A DNA stretch of 64,000 bases from Octopus sinensis (GCF_006345805.1 NC_043009.1:55862001-55926000), one strand, 5' to 3'; positions 1-39,361 are shown, counted from the first letter of the stretch. The notes: generated by a model not told the origin, from the sequence alone. Made by a program: numbers and translations.

Positions 1-142
1 TACATACACATATACATACACATACACATATACATATACATATACATACACAGGCAGACACATAGATAGATATATACATACATACATACATACATACATA
101 CATACATACATACATACATACATACATAGAGAGATACATAGA

Positions 143-178
<36 letters not shown>

Positions 179-689
179 AAGACAGACAGACAGACAGACA
201 AATAAATGGAGTTAAACGCAGGTGTTATTCAAATTCTTTTACTTCCGAAATATGTTTCGAAGACTACTCTGGTATTATTCCAGAGGGAATAAAATGGTGT
301 AAAACAATCTTCTCATCAGGGAAAGAAAGAAACCAAGCACATCAATAAGACATTTTAACAGAATGTGATGACTGTGTATATGATGAAGGGAACGCTATCG
401 AGTTCTTTTAAAAAACCGTTAGTAGATATAACGTCAAAGGTAGTTTATAGAAAGTGGAGGAGAAAGAAATTAGCAGAAAAATAATAGTAGAGAGATATAG
501 AGCGATAGGTGAATTTGAAAATAAAGCTCAAAGGCATGGAAGTAGATATATTTAGTGAAAGGGAAATGTAAGAAGACAGTCAAAGGTCAAGTTTTATAGA
601 ATGGTAGAAATCACTTATTGGAACTAAAATTATGTTTCTGCCAATATTTGCAACGATAAACGCGTTCTATAAACGTGTTTTCAAGGGGA

Positions 690-1000
690 TTCTTTTAGAA
701 TAGGATAAAAAACATTTCAGTATTACAAAGCGAACAAAAAGATTTACCTTTGTCATACGGTAAAGAAATAGAGAGAATATTCCATTCCAAATCAAATTGT
801 TTATGATCTTTTAGATCCCATATTAATTTAATAAACCCAACATTGTTACGTTTATTGATATGCCTAAATGTTGAGTAATGATTAGATATTCTTTTGGACA
901 ACTGAGATGAAGAACTACCTATTTAAAAAAAGACGTCAGACCCGGAAGTAATTTTACATTGATAATGTAAGGTTTTCCTAACACAAAAAATCCTTCACAA
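690..1000 (-). mobile_element. Penelope-like GIY-YIG endonuclease remnant
   Basis: Minus strand reads *IGSSSSQLSKRISNHYSTF...IWDLK...WNI...CSLCNTE, the YIG..FK.R..NH..F...IW.LK...W.I...C.LC pattern of PLE endonucleases. Second copy at about 43495-43800. Confidence 0.75.
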
Positions 1001-2007
1001 ATCATCTCTTCGGATAATAATAAGTTGTTAAATACAAATCCACTTAATGAAAATATTAACTATAATTTTGTTAACACTAGCCATTCTTTAAATAATAACA
1101 ACAGCGGGGTTATTGCTTCTGAAGTTGACTCCTATCGTATACGTATTCTTCGCAGTAATTCTAACACAAGACACCGTTTATCGATGTAAAATTACTTTTG
1201 GGTCTATAAACACTGGAATGCTGAGATACAAAATGCTGAGATACAAAATCAAATGAAAAGACAGAAAAAAAGAAAGCTGCATCCATGTGGCGTATCTGTC
1301 CTATGGTTCCAGAGTCAATTATTTCTCTTAGAGCTTTATAAGCTGGGAAGAAGTTGGACCACAAAGCCTAAGGAGAAAGCATTTATGTTGAAAAAAAGAA
1401 AGAATGTTTAAAGTGAGGAATAAGAATGAAAGAAAGGAACTTATGTATAAAAAGATACAAGCGAATGTTGAAAGAAATATTATAAAAGACCAGCTTATTT
1501 CTGTTATTTTTCATCATGTTATTCTGTGTTGCGATCTTTAATATTATACCACTACGTTCCTCACCTCTGTTTCTATTAAGTTTTCACAGATAAGGTACAT
1601 TACTAAGCGTATAATTTACAAATAAAGCACATTATGGATCCTCTTTATAAGGGCTGATGTATATTCAATGAACAGCAACGTGCCAAAATGCACAATTTTA
1701 GAGTTAAGAGACATACCTCCATGAAAAATAATTTCTTTGACTTTGCAAGTTCAGTCATTTCTTCTGTCTGCTTCGTATTACAAGCACAGGTTTTCTCACA
1801 TAGAACAGGTTTACCATTGTTCAGTATAAGAATGGAAAGAGGATGATGGAAAATGTTGACCGTTGAAAGGTACACAAGATCTATGAGTAAAACGAAATTA
1901 TATTAGTTTTCTTTGCTATCAAAGTAATGCGTTTGTGTAATTCAAGTGTGTTATATAGAATTAATTGTTTAATATTTACACTTGTCTATCTTGCGTGTGC
2001 GTGTATA

Positions 2008-2227
2008 AGATGGGGTGCTCAAAATTTGTTGGATTTGAGTAAAAATAAAAAATACAGGAGAATCAGTTAATTATGATTTTATTCAACATATCCTTCTCTC
2101 AAATTCACACACGTATTGCAGCGGACCGTCAGTTTTTCTAAGTTCTGTAAAAGAAATCGGAAGGTTGGGCCTCCATCCAAGCCATTCGTGACAACCTTAA
2201 AACCAGTAACTTTTCAGCACCCCTTCG
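2008..2227. mobile_element. 220-bp Tc1/mariner-type MITE
   Basis: TA on both sides (2006-2007, 2228-2229). Imperfect TIRs (a/c)GATGGGGTGCTCAAAA ... TTTTCAGCACCCCTTCG. Second copy at 47284-47503. Confidence 0.75.
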
Positions 2228-3469
2228 TATGTACGCATATATTTGTGAGTGAACAATTAATTTCTTTAACTTTACGCGAATGGTTGTCATATCTATTCCA
2301 ATTCTATTATCATTAGAATCATTATTGTTCACGTTGATAATGCTTTTTATCGTCTTATTGAAATTTTCATGTTTATTTCTCTTATTTGGAAGGAGGTGAA
2401 CACAGCTATCCGGATTCTCTTTGATCCAGTGTCATCTCGTTCATGTGTTACAACATGAACGAGTTGAACTTATCACGAACTATACATTTCTTGGTCTATT
2501 ACTTGTCATACAGTACAAGACATTATGGTAACAGTTGTTAAAATTGAGTTTGTATAAGACCAAAATGAAATGAAATAAATTAAAAGACCTACAATGTTTA
2601 CAAAATAACATACAAAATTTACAATTGGATTTAGGCTAAATATTTTTCATACCTATGTTGGGATCTATGGCAAATTCTTCATAGCTGGTATACACATTTG
2701 GTATTTTAAATTCATCGGCTAGTTTCTTAGCTTTCTCTAAAGATTTGGATACCACTGCAGTTATCTAAATGAAAAGCAAAATAATGTCATGTGCAACTGA
2801 GTTTTATTGTGCAGTATATGTAATTGCAATGTTGATAGTTATATAATTTTAATGTTTGATGAATGCAAATAAATAAGACTTTCTTAATCGACTGTTAATA
2901 ACTTCTTAGACATGAGGCAGGCGATTTTGAGATGAGGGTGGTAGTTGATTACATCGATCTTTGCACTTGATTGGTTGTGTAATTTATCGACTAGAAAAAG
3001 GATGAAATGCTAATTCGTCCTCAGCAAGATTTAAGCTCAGAACCGAAACAGCCGGAAGCAGTACCGCTAGGTATATTCTGTGACGTTCTAATGATTCTGC
3101 CAATTCAATTTTCTTAAAAGTAATTGCCTCTGACATAGCCAAAAGGTTTGAAATTTGGTGGAAGAAGAATAATGGAAAATATCAATCCCGCCCAGTACTA
3201 CTTAACTGGTACTATATGTCACGGAACCCGGGGATGAAAGTCAATTTTTACCTCGTTATGATTTGAAAGAAAAAAATACCAAAACTGAAAGAAAAACACA
3301 AAAAAGAAAAGCAACAGATGCATCCTCACAACCGCTTGATCAACATCAAAAAGGAAACACGCAAGTACAGCAAACATACAAGAGTAACATATAAACCCAC
3401 GCATAACCAGAAAGATACCACCACCAGTTAAATACACAACACCACCCACAACTACAGATAGCAACAAAT

Positions 3470-4536
3470 CGCACGTGCCATCTTTGCTACATTCAAACAT
3501 TTTTTATTGGAACATTCACTAGATAAAGCTTCTCTCTTTACTCTCACCTTCCTCTTCAAATGATATATGAAGGAGTTGATGAGAGATTTACCAGAGAGGA
3601 GAGTGTTTATCTCTAGACCTTTCAGATGCGTCCACCATACACGTTCTTTCGCCATAGCATTTCAAGAAAGGAGACGCGACAATATTTACGATAGACTCAG
3701 TTGATAAACTGACTCGTCCTACACGCAATAGCAGTCGTTTGATATAGATCCACAGATAGGAAATGGTTGGACACTGTACGAGTGCGTGCAGAACAGTTTC
3801 GTCGCTCTGACCGCATTTGGGGCAGGTCGGCTCCGTGTTTTTCGAGCCATGTCTGTAGAGCTTATACCGAACGTGTAGCGCTTTACGATAACACTGCCAG
3901 GCCAGGGAAGAATTCTGAAGTTGTCCATAGGTCCCGGAACAGGCGGGTCAGGTATTCCTCGTCGACGCCCAGGTTCGCACCGAGATCGTCGTCATACCAC
4001 CCCTCCACTACTCCCTTATAGAATGCTTTGGTTGTGTTGCAGTCGCTCAAGGTTGACCCGGGACGGCATAGTTGCCCGAGAGCAACGCGGCACTCGTGGT
4101 ACTATTCGCCCTTCCTCGGCCTGTTTTTGATCCACAACTACAGTTCGGTCATGGAGACGAGCTGCGGGAAAGCACGCCTCACAAACGGCGACCGCACCTG
4201 TCCACCGTCGTCTACGTAGAGCCAGAAATGTAGTCTCAGCGCGTGTCTGCGCATCATCAACTACGGCATGCCTAGCCCTCCTTTTGACGGGTGTTGGCAG
4301 CAAACGGATTGCCTGACCATCGGAACGCTTCCTTTCCACAAGAAGCGGAAGAGAATGCGTTCCAGTTTGGTAGGGTCGGGACAAGGCACGACGGTCAGGC
4401 GGTAGTAGATGATGGTCGCGATGTAAATGTTCGACACCTCCGCACGACCTTTTAGGGACAGCTTCCTCTCGGCCCATTGCCGGGCGAGAGTGGCCACTCT
4501 ACTCGTTATCTCGTTCCAGTTCTTCTCCGTTTGGAG
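3470..4536 (-). mobile_element. Tx1/L1-clade LINE ORF2 fragment (post-RT region and zinc-finger region), degenerate
   Basis: [31 protein letters not shown]...YYRLTVVPCP...LFRFLWKG. Homologous to 49880-52655. Its 5' end abuts the (AGAC)/(AGAT)n tract at 4537-4682. Second copy at about 48710-49772. Confidence 0.85.
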
Positions 4537-4603
4537 ACAGACAGACAGGCAGACAGACAGATAGATAGATAGAAAAATAGATAGGCAGATAGAAAGATAG
4601 ATG

Positions 4604-4682
<79 letters not shown>

Positions 4683-6494
4683 GTTTGTGCGTGAGTGTAT
4701 TTGTTACTTTTGTCTCTCTCATTAACTTTTTTTTTGATTTTATGGTGAAATGAAGAAAGAATGAAGGAGACATTATGGGGAAGAGATGAAACAAGGAAAA
4801 GGGAAAAGGACGATACGCTGTATGCTTTCCTAAATACTTTTTAAATTCCTTCTATCCATGTCTAACCCGTCCATTTCTGGCATTATAGAGTTTAGCGCTC
4901 TATATAGAATAGTTTTCGTCATAGGTTTGCCCCGGTTAAAGTTTGTAGTGGTAAATAATAAAGAAATTGTGAGAAATTTAAGAAGTTAAAAATGAATAAA
5001 ATAAAGAGAGAAAAACGTGAAATGTTATTACTTACTTTGTGTTCTGAAGGATTCAGACATTGCAAAGCATTGAAGAAATCCGTTGCAATCATACCTGCCG
5101 AACAGAGTCCCCAGCGCATTTTCCCACCTTTTGAAATATGCTAAGAAAATGTTGGAAGTTTCTAATCCTCTTCTTTCGTTTTTTTTTTTTTTTAATTTAT
5201 CTCTCCGTAAATGTTACACTTCTTTTGGCTGTTTAGCTACTTGATCTCCATGAAACATAAATGTAGCAAGAACTATTACTAGCTGAGAGAGAGAGAGAAA
5301 GACGGACAGACAGACAGGCTGACAGGCAGAGACACGCAGAGACAGACAGAGACAGACAGATACAGAGACAGTGAGAGAGAGAAAAAGGGGAGAATTTTGA
5401 GAGTGGGGAAAGAAGGAACAGAATTGTGAGGAGGAGGTGTCGAAAGCAGAATTAATATGCTTCAGTGAAACATGTGTGTAAATGCAGGCGAAATAGCATG
5501 ATTAGAGAGAGGGGGGAGGGGAGATAGGGGAGTGGAGAATTACGAGAGTGGGAGAAAGAAGGAACAGAATCGCAAATGGTGTCGAAAGGAGAATCAACAT
5601 GCTTTTGTGAAACGTAGATAAAGTCAGACGAAATAGCATAATTAACATTCTTAGCCACAGAATTCGAAATATCAAAAAGCGATAAAGTTGTTCTACACTT
5701 ATCAAAAAAAAAAACATGACCCTTATAGATATGTACAAAATATACATTTGTTAATTTTTTTTTCTTCCACGATAAACCCACTGAACTGATTTCCCGCTGC
5801 ATTGTCTCACTTTTTGAAATACCCAAACGAAATAAATGTTTTGAAAGCCTTGTACTTTTAAAAGGAAATAATTTCTTTTCAGAAATGGAGTACTTATCAC
5901 TTTAAAGGCCTCTACTTAATCATATCCTGTGATAATTTTAATCCGCTACATATTCTATCGTTCAGTTAGTGGAATTGCTTAGTCATAGAACGTAAAAAAA
6001 GACAGCAAAAGCAACACCAGTTTTTAGGTTGATAAACACGGTCACGAAGAAATATAAGATTGGCTTCAGTTTTGGTCAACCTGAAACTGTAGAAGACACT
6101 TAGGTATTTGCCTAAGGTACTGGGCCGATATGTTGACACCAGAAATATGTAGTTGTGAAGCAAGCCCATTAACTACACACCATTATCTACGTTTAAGTAT
6201 GATTATTCACATAATGAGCGGTGTAATATACATTTCATACTAAATTCTACACTTGGCTAAGAAATTTCTCCAAGTAGAGGTAAGAAATTATGTCATATCT
6301 CCATCTTACCAACAACTACAATGTGGATGTATACGATTCACTGTGTCCCCGTCGAATCACGTTATTCTTCCTATCACTGCCTTTGTTACTCATCTTTATC
6401 ACCGTCTCTTACTTGGCACTTCAAGTTGGTAACCTTAATAACTATCACACTGTCTTCTTCTCTTCTGCCACTTTCTCACTGCCATTCGGGTTAT

Positions 6495-7135
6495 GGACGA
6501 GTCAGTTTATCAACTGAGTCTATCGTAAATATTGTCGCGCCTCCTTCTATGAAACGGGAAGGAAGAGCCATTTTCATCGTACTTGTCGCTATGGCGAAAG
6601 AATGTGTATGGTAGACGCGTCTGAAAGGTCTAGAGATAAACACTATCCTCTCTGGTGAATCTCTCATCAACTCTTTCAAGTATCTCTTGAAGAGGAAGGT
6701 GAGAGCAGAGAGGGAAATTTTGTCTAGTGAATGTTTCAATAAAAAATGGGTGAATGTAGCAAGGATGGTACGTGTGAAAGACGGAGCCACCTTGAGCATA
6801 ATCCTATAAACCAGAAAAAGAAAGGAAAAAAGAGTCACTTACTGTAATGTGCTTTTTGCATGACACTATTGCCCGAGGTTACCGTGGTCTTTTCCGTAGG
6901 CTTTTCTTTCCATGGATGAACCTAATCTGTTTCCACTTTTACAGTACGACATTTATTTGATACACGATCCCTATTGATCGGCCTTTTTTTGTTTCTTCCT
7001 TCTTTCCACGATGCCTTTTGATCGAATTTCTACCCTACCACCACCACCACCAGTTTTGCTCTTCCCCAAAAAGAAAAGCTCTACTTTGTATTTTGTCCCG
7101 TCTGTGTTCAGCCCTGTGTGGCCAATAAAGAAACA
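6495..7135 (+). mobile_element. Tx1/L1-clade LINE 3' fragment (ORF2 end plus 3'UTR)
   Basis: LSTESIVNIVAPPSMKREGRAIFIVLVAMAKECVW, and a 3'UTR ending CCCTGTGTGGCCAATAAAGAAACA followed by decayed (TATC)n. Same terminus as the 49880 element. Second copy at 54316-54956. Confidence 0.85.
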
Positions 7136-7789
7136 TATCTATCGACCTACCTACCTATTTATCCACCTACCTATCCATCCACCTACCTAATTATCCACCT
7201 ACCTATCTATCTACATATCTATCTTTCGACATATCTATCTACATATTTTGTAATAGGATAGAATAGTGCGAGAAGAGGAGGTAAAAGAATAAGAGAGAGA
7301 AAAAAGAAAGAGTAAAAAGATCTATAGGGTAAGTACTTTTACTGCACCAGATTTTAAGTGTTTTATGTCTAAATGTAGCTTATCACCAGTCAAACATAAT
7401 TCAGTAAACTAGTGGAGGCGAGAATTCATTTATCAAAGGTTTATTACTTTACGCACATCAGGGCTTAAGTCGCCAGTTATTTCTGTTTAGTTCATTCAGA
7501 TTCGTTTCACACTCACTGTTGACAGTCTTTTGTTTTTGCTTCTCCTCCCGGAAGTCCCTTTTTTCCTGCTGGTCAACTCCCTATCTAACCCGCAGCGAAG
7601 TTTCTGTCGACAGTTCGTCTGTCACGAATTCTACTCTACATAGCTCCCTCCCCGCCAGAACTGTTGACTGTCATTGGAAACGGGAAGGCGTTTTAATTGT
7701 TCTGCCCATGCGTGTGGTTACTCGATTCTTTGGTGACTGTTCCTTGTCGAGGGCCACTTGAATGGGGCTGCCACTATCGAGATGGGCCG

Positions 7790-8980
7790 GTTTCAATCTA
7801 ACGATGGAGACTGTCTTGTCGTCCACCAATTAGGAGTTGGAATGCTTTATCTCCCGGATGTATGACTTGATATGGACCATCGTAGGGTGACTGGAAGGGT
7901 TTTCGTCGTGTGTCATGTGGAACGAACACAAAGTTAGCCGTGCGGGGGTCATTCGGTACCGATGATCTGGGTGTACCGTGTGTCGACATGGGAACAGGGT
8001 TCAACCGGCCCACGCTGTCTCTCAGCTGAGCGAGATACCTTTTGACATCCGGCTCTGACTTCGTATTTGGAAGGCACTGTAAGGGGAGCGCCGTAAACCA
8101 TTTCCGCGGAAGAAGTGTTGAAATTTTCTTTTGGGTCGGTGCGGATTCCCAGCATCACTCATGGGAGTTGGTCAATCCAATTTGGTCCGTTAAGTCTGGT
8201 TGTCATAGATTCCTTCAGGCGACGGTGAAATCTCTCCACTAATCCGTTGGCCAGTGGGAGGTAGGATGTTGTGTAGTTCATCGTGATTCCAAAAAGGTCA
8301 CACACGTCATTCCACAGCTTTGAGATGAGCTGTGGACCACCCCAATCGGATGAGATGCTATCTGGGACACCGAAACAGGCGACACAGTTTGCGATTAAGG
8401 CTCGGCTGACTTCTTGTATTTCCGAGCTGCAGAGAGGGATAGCTTCGGGCCAACGGGTGTAGTTGTTTACAAAGGTCAATAGATACGAGCGAGCCTGTGA
8501 AGGAGGTCGGGGCCGACAAGGTCGATGTTAACATGGCTGAATCGGGCCTGAGTTGGTTCATAGTTGCCGAGGGATGCTTTGGTGTGTTAATGGACCTTGG
8601 CTTGTTGACAGGGGATGCAGGACCTGGTCCAATCCCCGATTCGCTTGGCCATACCGTGCCAGATAAATTTGCTTGACAGGCTTTAGTATCTGGGTAGGAA
8701 AGTCCGTGAATGATGTCGAAAACTTTCTTGCGCCAGACTGATGGGACGATCGGTCGTGGCTTCTCAGTGGATACGTCACAAAGTAAGGTTGTGCTGGTAC
8801 AGGTACTTTATTGTATCAACACCAAAAGAACGAAAGGCAAAGTTGACCTTAGAACGTAAAGCTTCTCGCATGCGACAATTGATGTTTTCCGCCCATGCAA
8901 GTCCGTATAAAGAGTGGATTCGTGATTCATGTGTTAGTTTGATAAATGCAACGTTCGAACCTCTCAGATTTTGAAACACA
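7790..8980 (-). mobile_element. Ty3/Gypsy integrase remnant, frameshifted
   Basis: IWHGMAKRIGDWTRSCIPCQQAKVH (zinc-binding region), YTRWPEAIPL...FGVPDSISSD...TTSYLPLANGLVERFHRRLKE (rve core), and KPFQSPYDGPYQVI. Second copy at about 55610-56796. No LTRs identified. Confidence 0.85.
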
Positions 8981-9442
8981 TATGTAATCTAAGAGCCAAA
9001 TATAAAAATATATTTAGTCATATGTAGTTGTCCAACCAAATGCTGGTTGTTGAACATGAATGAAAAGATGGGTAAGATACAAGTAGTTTTCAAAATTTTC
9101 CCTTTATTCTGTTACTTTCAGATTTTTCATTATAATCCATAATTTTCTTATATATAAATTTTCTTTTATTTTTAAGCTAGTTCCCTTGTGTCTTCCTCTT
9201 GCTGTTTCTACGTACATTTTTGCTTTCTAAAAGCAGTTATCTTTTGATATAATGATGCTTTTTTTTTTGTTATCTACGTATAAAGACACTTGATTTCTAA
9301 TACATATTTATGGTATAACAAAGCATGAAAAAAACTGTATTTCTTTAACAAATGATCATCGACTGCACATAAGGCGTTGATATACAATCCGAATTATTAA
9401 TGTTAGTTATACTATGTGGGATTTTCTATGAATCATTCCTCT

Positions 9443-35381
<25,939 letters not shown>

Positions 35382-35683
35382 TGTTTCTCTGTTTGAAATA
35401 TACTTGCAAAATAAACTTGTAGTTGGTGGCTGCTCTATTTAACACAAATAATTAGGTCTATTGCAAACTTCTTTCACACAAACCGTCTGTTTCATTGAAT
35501 CATTATTATCAGCGAACAATAACTCTCTTCCTTTTTCTGTCGTGTGCTTACATTAAAATTCAATATTATTATTTAACTAGCATAGTCCTGTTATCAGAAA
35601 TGCCGACAGTTCTGTTAAAGAGAGAAATGGTACATAAAGAGAATGGAAGAAACCATTACTAAATATCAGCAATCCAGTCAATA

Positions 35684-36800
35684 CAGGGGTTGAACAAAAT
35701 AATGGAAACACCTAACATCATAGCATCATAATTTTGAAATATCTATAAAACCGTCAAAATCTTGTTTATTTTTATGTTTTTTGATTTATTAGTTGGGTTG
35801 CCTAATATGTTTTGCTAAAATTGCTGTTTCTTTTCAGATATCATCAGTAAAAGGTAATTAAAATTCATTAAAATGATACGTCTATCGGACTTTCAAATAG
35901 GTCAAATTGTTGGTGCTCGTATGGTATATCAAGAAGTAATGTCTCGAAAGTAATGACAGCCTTTGGGAAAGAGGGAAAAACCTCCTTGTCGAAACAAAAC
36001 TCTGGAAGAAAACCAGAACTTTCAGATATGGAACGTCGGATTCTTACGTGAATTGTTAGAAAGGATCACGAACGTACAGCTCCTAAAATTACTGTAGAAC
36101 TTAATGACCACATCGAGAACCTAGTTTCCTCAAAAACTGCTCGCCGGGAGCTGCACAAAACAGGATTTCACGGGACGGCTGCAATCAGAAAACCACTACT
36201 TTCAAAAACAAACGTTGCAAAACATTTACAGTGGAGTAAAATAACAAAATCTACAGAATTGGCCCCTAGAGCAGTGGAAGAAAATTATTTTCACGGACGA
36301 GTAATCCCTTACCTTATTTCCGGCCACCGCCCGAGTATACGTGTGGAGACAGTCAAAAGAAGCATTTGATCCAGACTGCCTTCTTCCAACTGTTAAACAT
36401 GGAGGAAGATCTGTGATTATTTGCGGGGCTATAACTTGGAAATCCGCCGGCCAAATGTTTTCCCTTCATGGCAGAATTAATAGTCAAGACTAAGCATTTA
36501 TAGTTGCGGAACTGTTTCCGGAGGGAAACGCAATCTTTCAGGATGATAATGCACGAATTCACACAGCTAAAGTTGTTACTGAATGGCACGAGGAACATTC
36601 TAGCAAAGTTGAACATCTTATCTAGCCACCACAGTCCCCAGATCTCAGTATTATTGAACATTCATGGTGCATTTTACAAAAACAAGTAAGCTCACGATAT
36701 CTTCCACCTTCATCACTACAAGAACAGGAGACTGTTTTAGCTGGAGAATGGATATCAATTCCTTGGAAACAATTCAAACTTCGTACGAGTCCATACGTTC
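35684..36800 (+). mobile_element. Tc1 (DD34E) transposon, degenerate, right TIR missing
   Basis: TA followed by CAGGGGTTGAACAAAATAATGGAAACACC (Tc1-type TIR). Transposase pieces LSDFQIGQIVGARM, SGRKPELS, AAIRKPLLS, WKKIIFTDE, TVKHGGRSV, FQDDNARIH, PPQSPDLSIIEH, with stops and indels. Confidence 0.9.
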
Positions 36801-36875
36801 GGGAAGATGAGAAAGTCTTTTACGTTTCGAGCCTATGCTCTTCAACAGAAAGGGATACGAGAAAATAAGCACAGA

Positions 36876-36925
<50 letters not shown>

Positions 36926-37154
36926 GAAACATCCACTTTTGCATGCTCATATGGATCAGACATTTCGAACAGCTGTATGCTCTTCCAGTCGACAACCCTT
37001 ACTCCTTTCCAAGTAAGGTAATATTTCATGATACCCAAAGATCACTTGAACGATTGAAAACAAAGAACACAACTTGCATGAAAGTGACTCTCGCAAACAA
37101 TTGTTGCCGATGTCAAGACAACGAGACAATAAAACACACACACACTCACACACG

Positions 37155-37190
<36 letters not shown>

Positions 37191-38012
37191 CGTGTGTATG
37201 TGTGTGTGTGTGTAAGTATATGTTTATCTAAATCTTGTACGACTCTATTCTTATATTCTTTCCTTCTTTCTATAAGCCCTTTCACGCTTCGTTTTCTCGT
37301 TTCCCTCTCTCACATTTCATTGCCTTCTCTTCATGCTCACATTCCCTCCTCTTTTCACTTCACTGTGTTCCTGTCATTTTTCTCGCCCCTCATTTCTTCT
37401 GTACCTCTGCCTTTACCTCTCTCTCTTCTCTACCCACGTGACCGGTGTTCGGCTAAGCCTGACATTTCTTTCTTGGTTCGGCCGTTGTCCGTGCAACAGC
37501 TATTTATTCCCTGTGCCCGTGAAATCTTGTATCCCTGCCGTAAGGTTTACTTCCACACACGTCAGCTTAATTTAATTCGTCCTTTGTCGAAAGACACACG
37601 TTAATGTCCTGTTATTTGCATTTGTGTAATTTTCTCCGTTTTTTTTCATCCTTGTTTTCGTATAAATTCGCTGCTTTCTTCCAAGGAATCTAATGCTCTT
37701 AGCTTAGTTTTCCTTGGGGCTGGTCAGATTGGAGCGATCTCGAGAGTATAACCAGCCGAAATTGCAAAGATAATATGGAACTCGACTGAGAAAAGAAAAC
37801 TCCAAATGACCCATCCTTGTTTTCTTTGTATCGTCTATCTGGATATTTTGTTATCCCTTTCTTGTATCACCTAACTGCTTTGATGTTTTAGCGTTCTTGT
37901 CCTATTTTGTATTTATATATATATTACAAAGAATAAGTCCTGGGGTCGATTTGCTTGACTAAAGGCGGTGCTCCAGTATGGCTGCAGTCAAATGACTGAA
38001 ACAAGTAAAAGA

Positions 38013-38056
<44 letters not shown>

Positions 38057-38398
38057 CACATTGCTTTCGCTTTCCGTCAACCAAATCCACTTAAAGGGCT
38101 TCGGTCACCACCAGGCTATAGTAGACGACACATGAGGTCTCACGCTGTAGGACTGGACCAACAACCATGTGCTAGGGAACTTCTCACCACACACACACAC
38201 ATACACACACGCACAAATACAATCATGCATACGGTTATTTATAGATATATCTATGCCAGTGCATGCAAATACATGTGTGTGAATGCGTTATCCATTACTT
38301 GGAAACAGGAAGAAGGGTCAGTTTCAGGAAGATCGAGCATGGAATAACAGAATAAAAGGAAAGAAAAGAAAACGAAATAACACACGCACACGCACACG

Positions 38399-38457
<59 letters not shown>

Positions 38458-39075
38458 ACATAATTGAAACGAAAATGGAGATTTACGATTGACATGTTTT
38501 AATTTATTAACATAATATTATTATTATTATCATATAATATGAATATAAATATCATAATCCTACAATTGTTTCAATTCAGACCCAATGATAAATTTATAAA
38601 AATTCGTGTTTTTTAGGGAAATATTTGACAAAAATTAGAGATCAGTTTTTTAGATCTCAGAACAGACTGAATTAGATATTCTTAAAAGTACGCAAACATT
38701 ATATGACCATTATATTAGGTTTTCTTTTTTTTAATCTTTTGCTTGTTTCAATCATTTGACAGCGGTCATGCTGGAGCACCGCCTTTGAATACATACACAT
38801 ATATATTTTTTCCTATCTGGTCTGTAATAGATTTGTGACTATTCGGTGGTACAGAAGTATTTTTTGACTTCTATCATTAGCGATATAGGTAGTCATGTAG
38901 TACCCTTGTGTATATATGTACATATCTAATAATGTATGTATATATTTTATTAATTTGCCTGTACGGCTGATAATTCGCTTACCACTTGTGATGGTATTTT
39001 AATAATATCATCCCTATATTCATTTATACACACACACACACACACACATACACACACATATATATATACATATAC

Positions 39076-39238
39076 ACGACGGGCTTCTTTCAGTTTCCTC
39101 CTACCAAATCCACTCACAAGGCTTTGCTCGGCTCGAGGCTATAGTAGAAGACACTTGCCCAAGGTGCCAGCAGTGGTACTGAATCCGGAACCATGTGACT
39201 GGTAGCCAAGCTTCTTGCCACGCAGCCATGCATGCACC
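39076..39238 (-). mobile_element. tRNA-derived SINE head (second family)
   Basis: Minus strand TGGCTGCGTGG..CCGGATTCAGTACC..CTTGGGCAAGTGTCTTCTAC; same family as 40652-41114. Fragments also at about 37930-38190 and 38740-38790. Confidence 0.7.
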
Positions 39239-39361
39239 TATAAATTTATTTATTTTTAATTCATTTTATACTTTTTATTATATATCTTTTTAAGTGATTG
39301 ACACTCACACTTACAAAGTAGTATATTTAATTCAGCCTGTTCTAGGGTCTGAATTGAAACA

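Larger units (their letters stand above)
1219..5119 (-). pseudogene. DHDH: DHDH-like paralog 1, copy A; 3' half deleted
   Basis: GT-AG exons 5119-5036 (MRWGLCSAGMIATDFFNALQCLNPSEHK), 2764-2653, 1880-1717 (..GKPVLCEKT..FFME), and exon 4 from 1367, broken at about 1219. Exons 5-7 are absent compared with copy B. Confidence 0.9.

Noticed and set aside
7260-7790. Possible LTR downstream of the Gypsy integrase
   Set aside because: No second LTR copy, TG..CA termini or polypurine tract could be identified.
37660-37860. Repeat with CTGAGAA..CTCCAAAT resembling a decayed hammerhead or pseudo-LTR
   Set aside because: Core nucleotides do not match CUGANGA/GAAA and stems could not be drawn.
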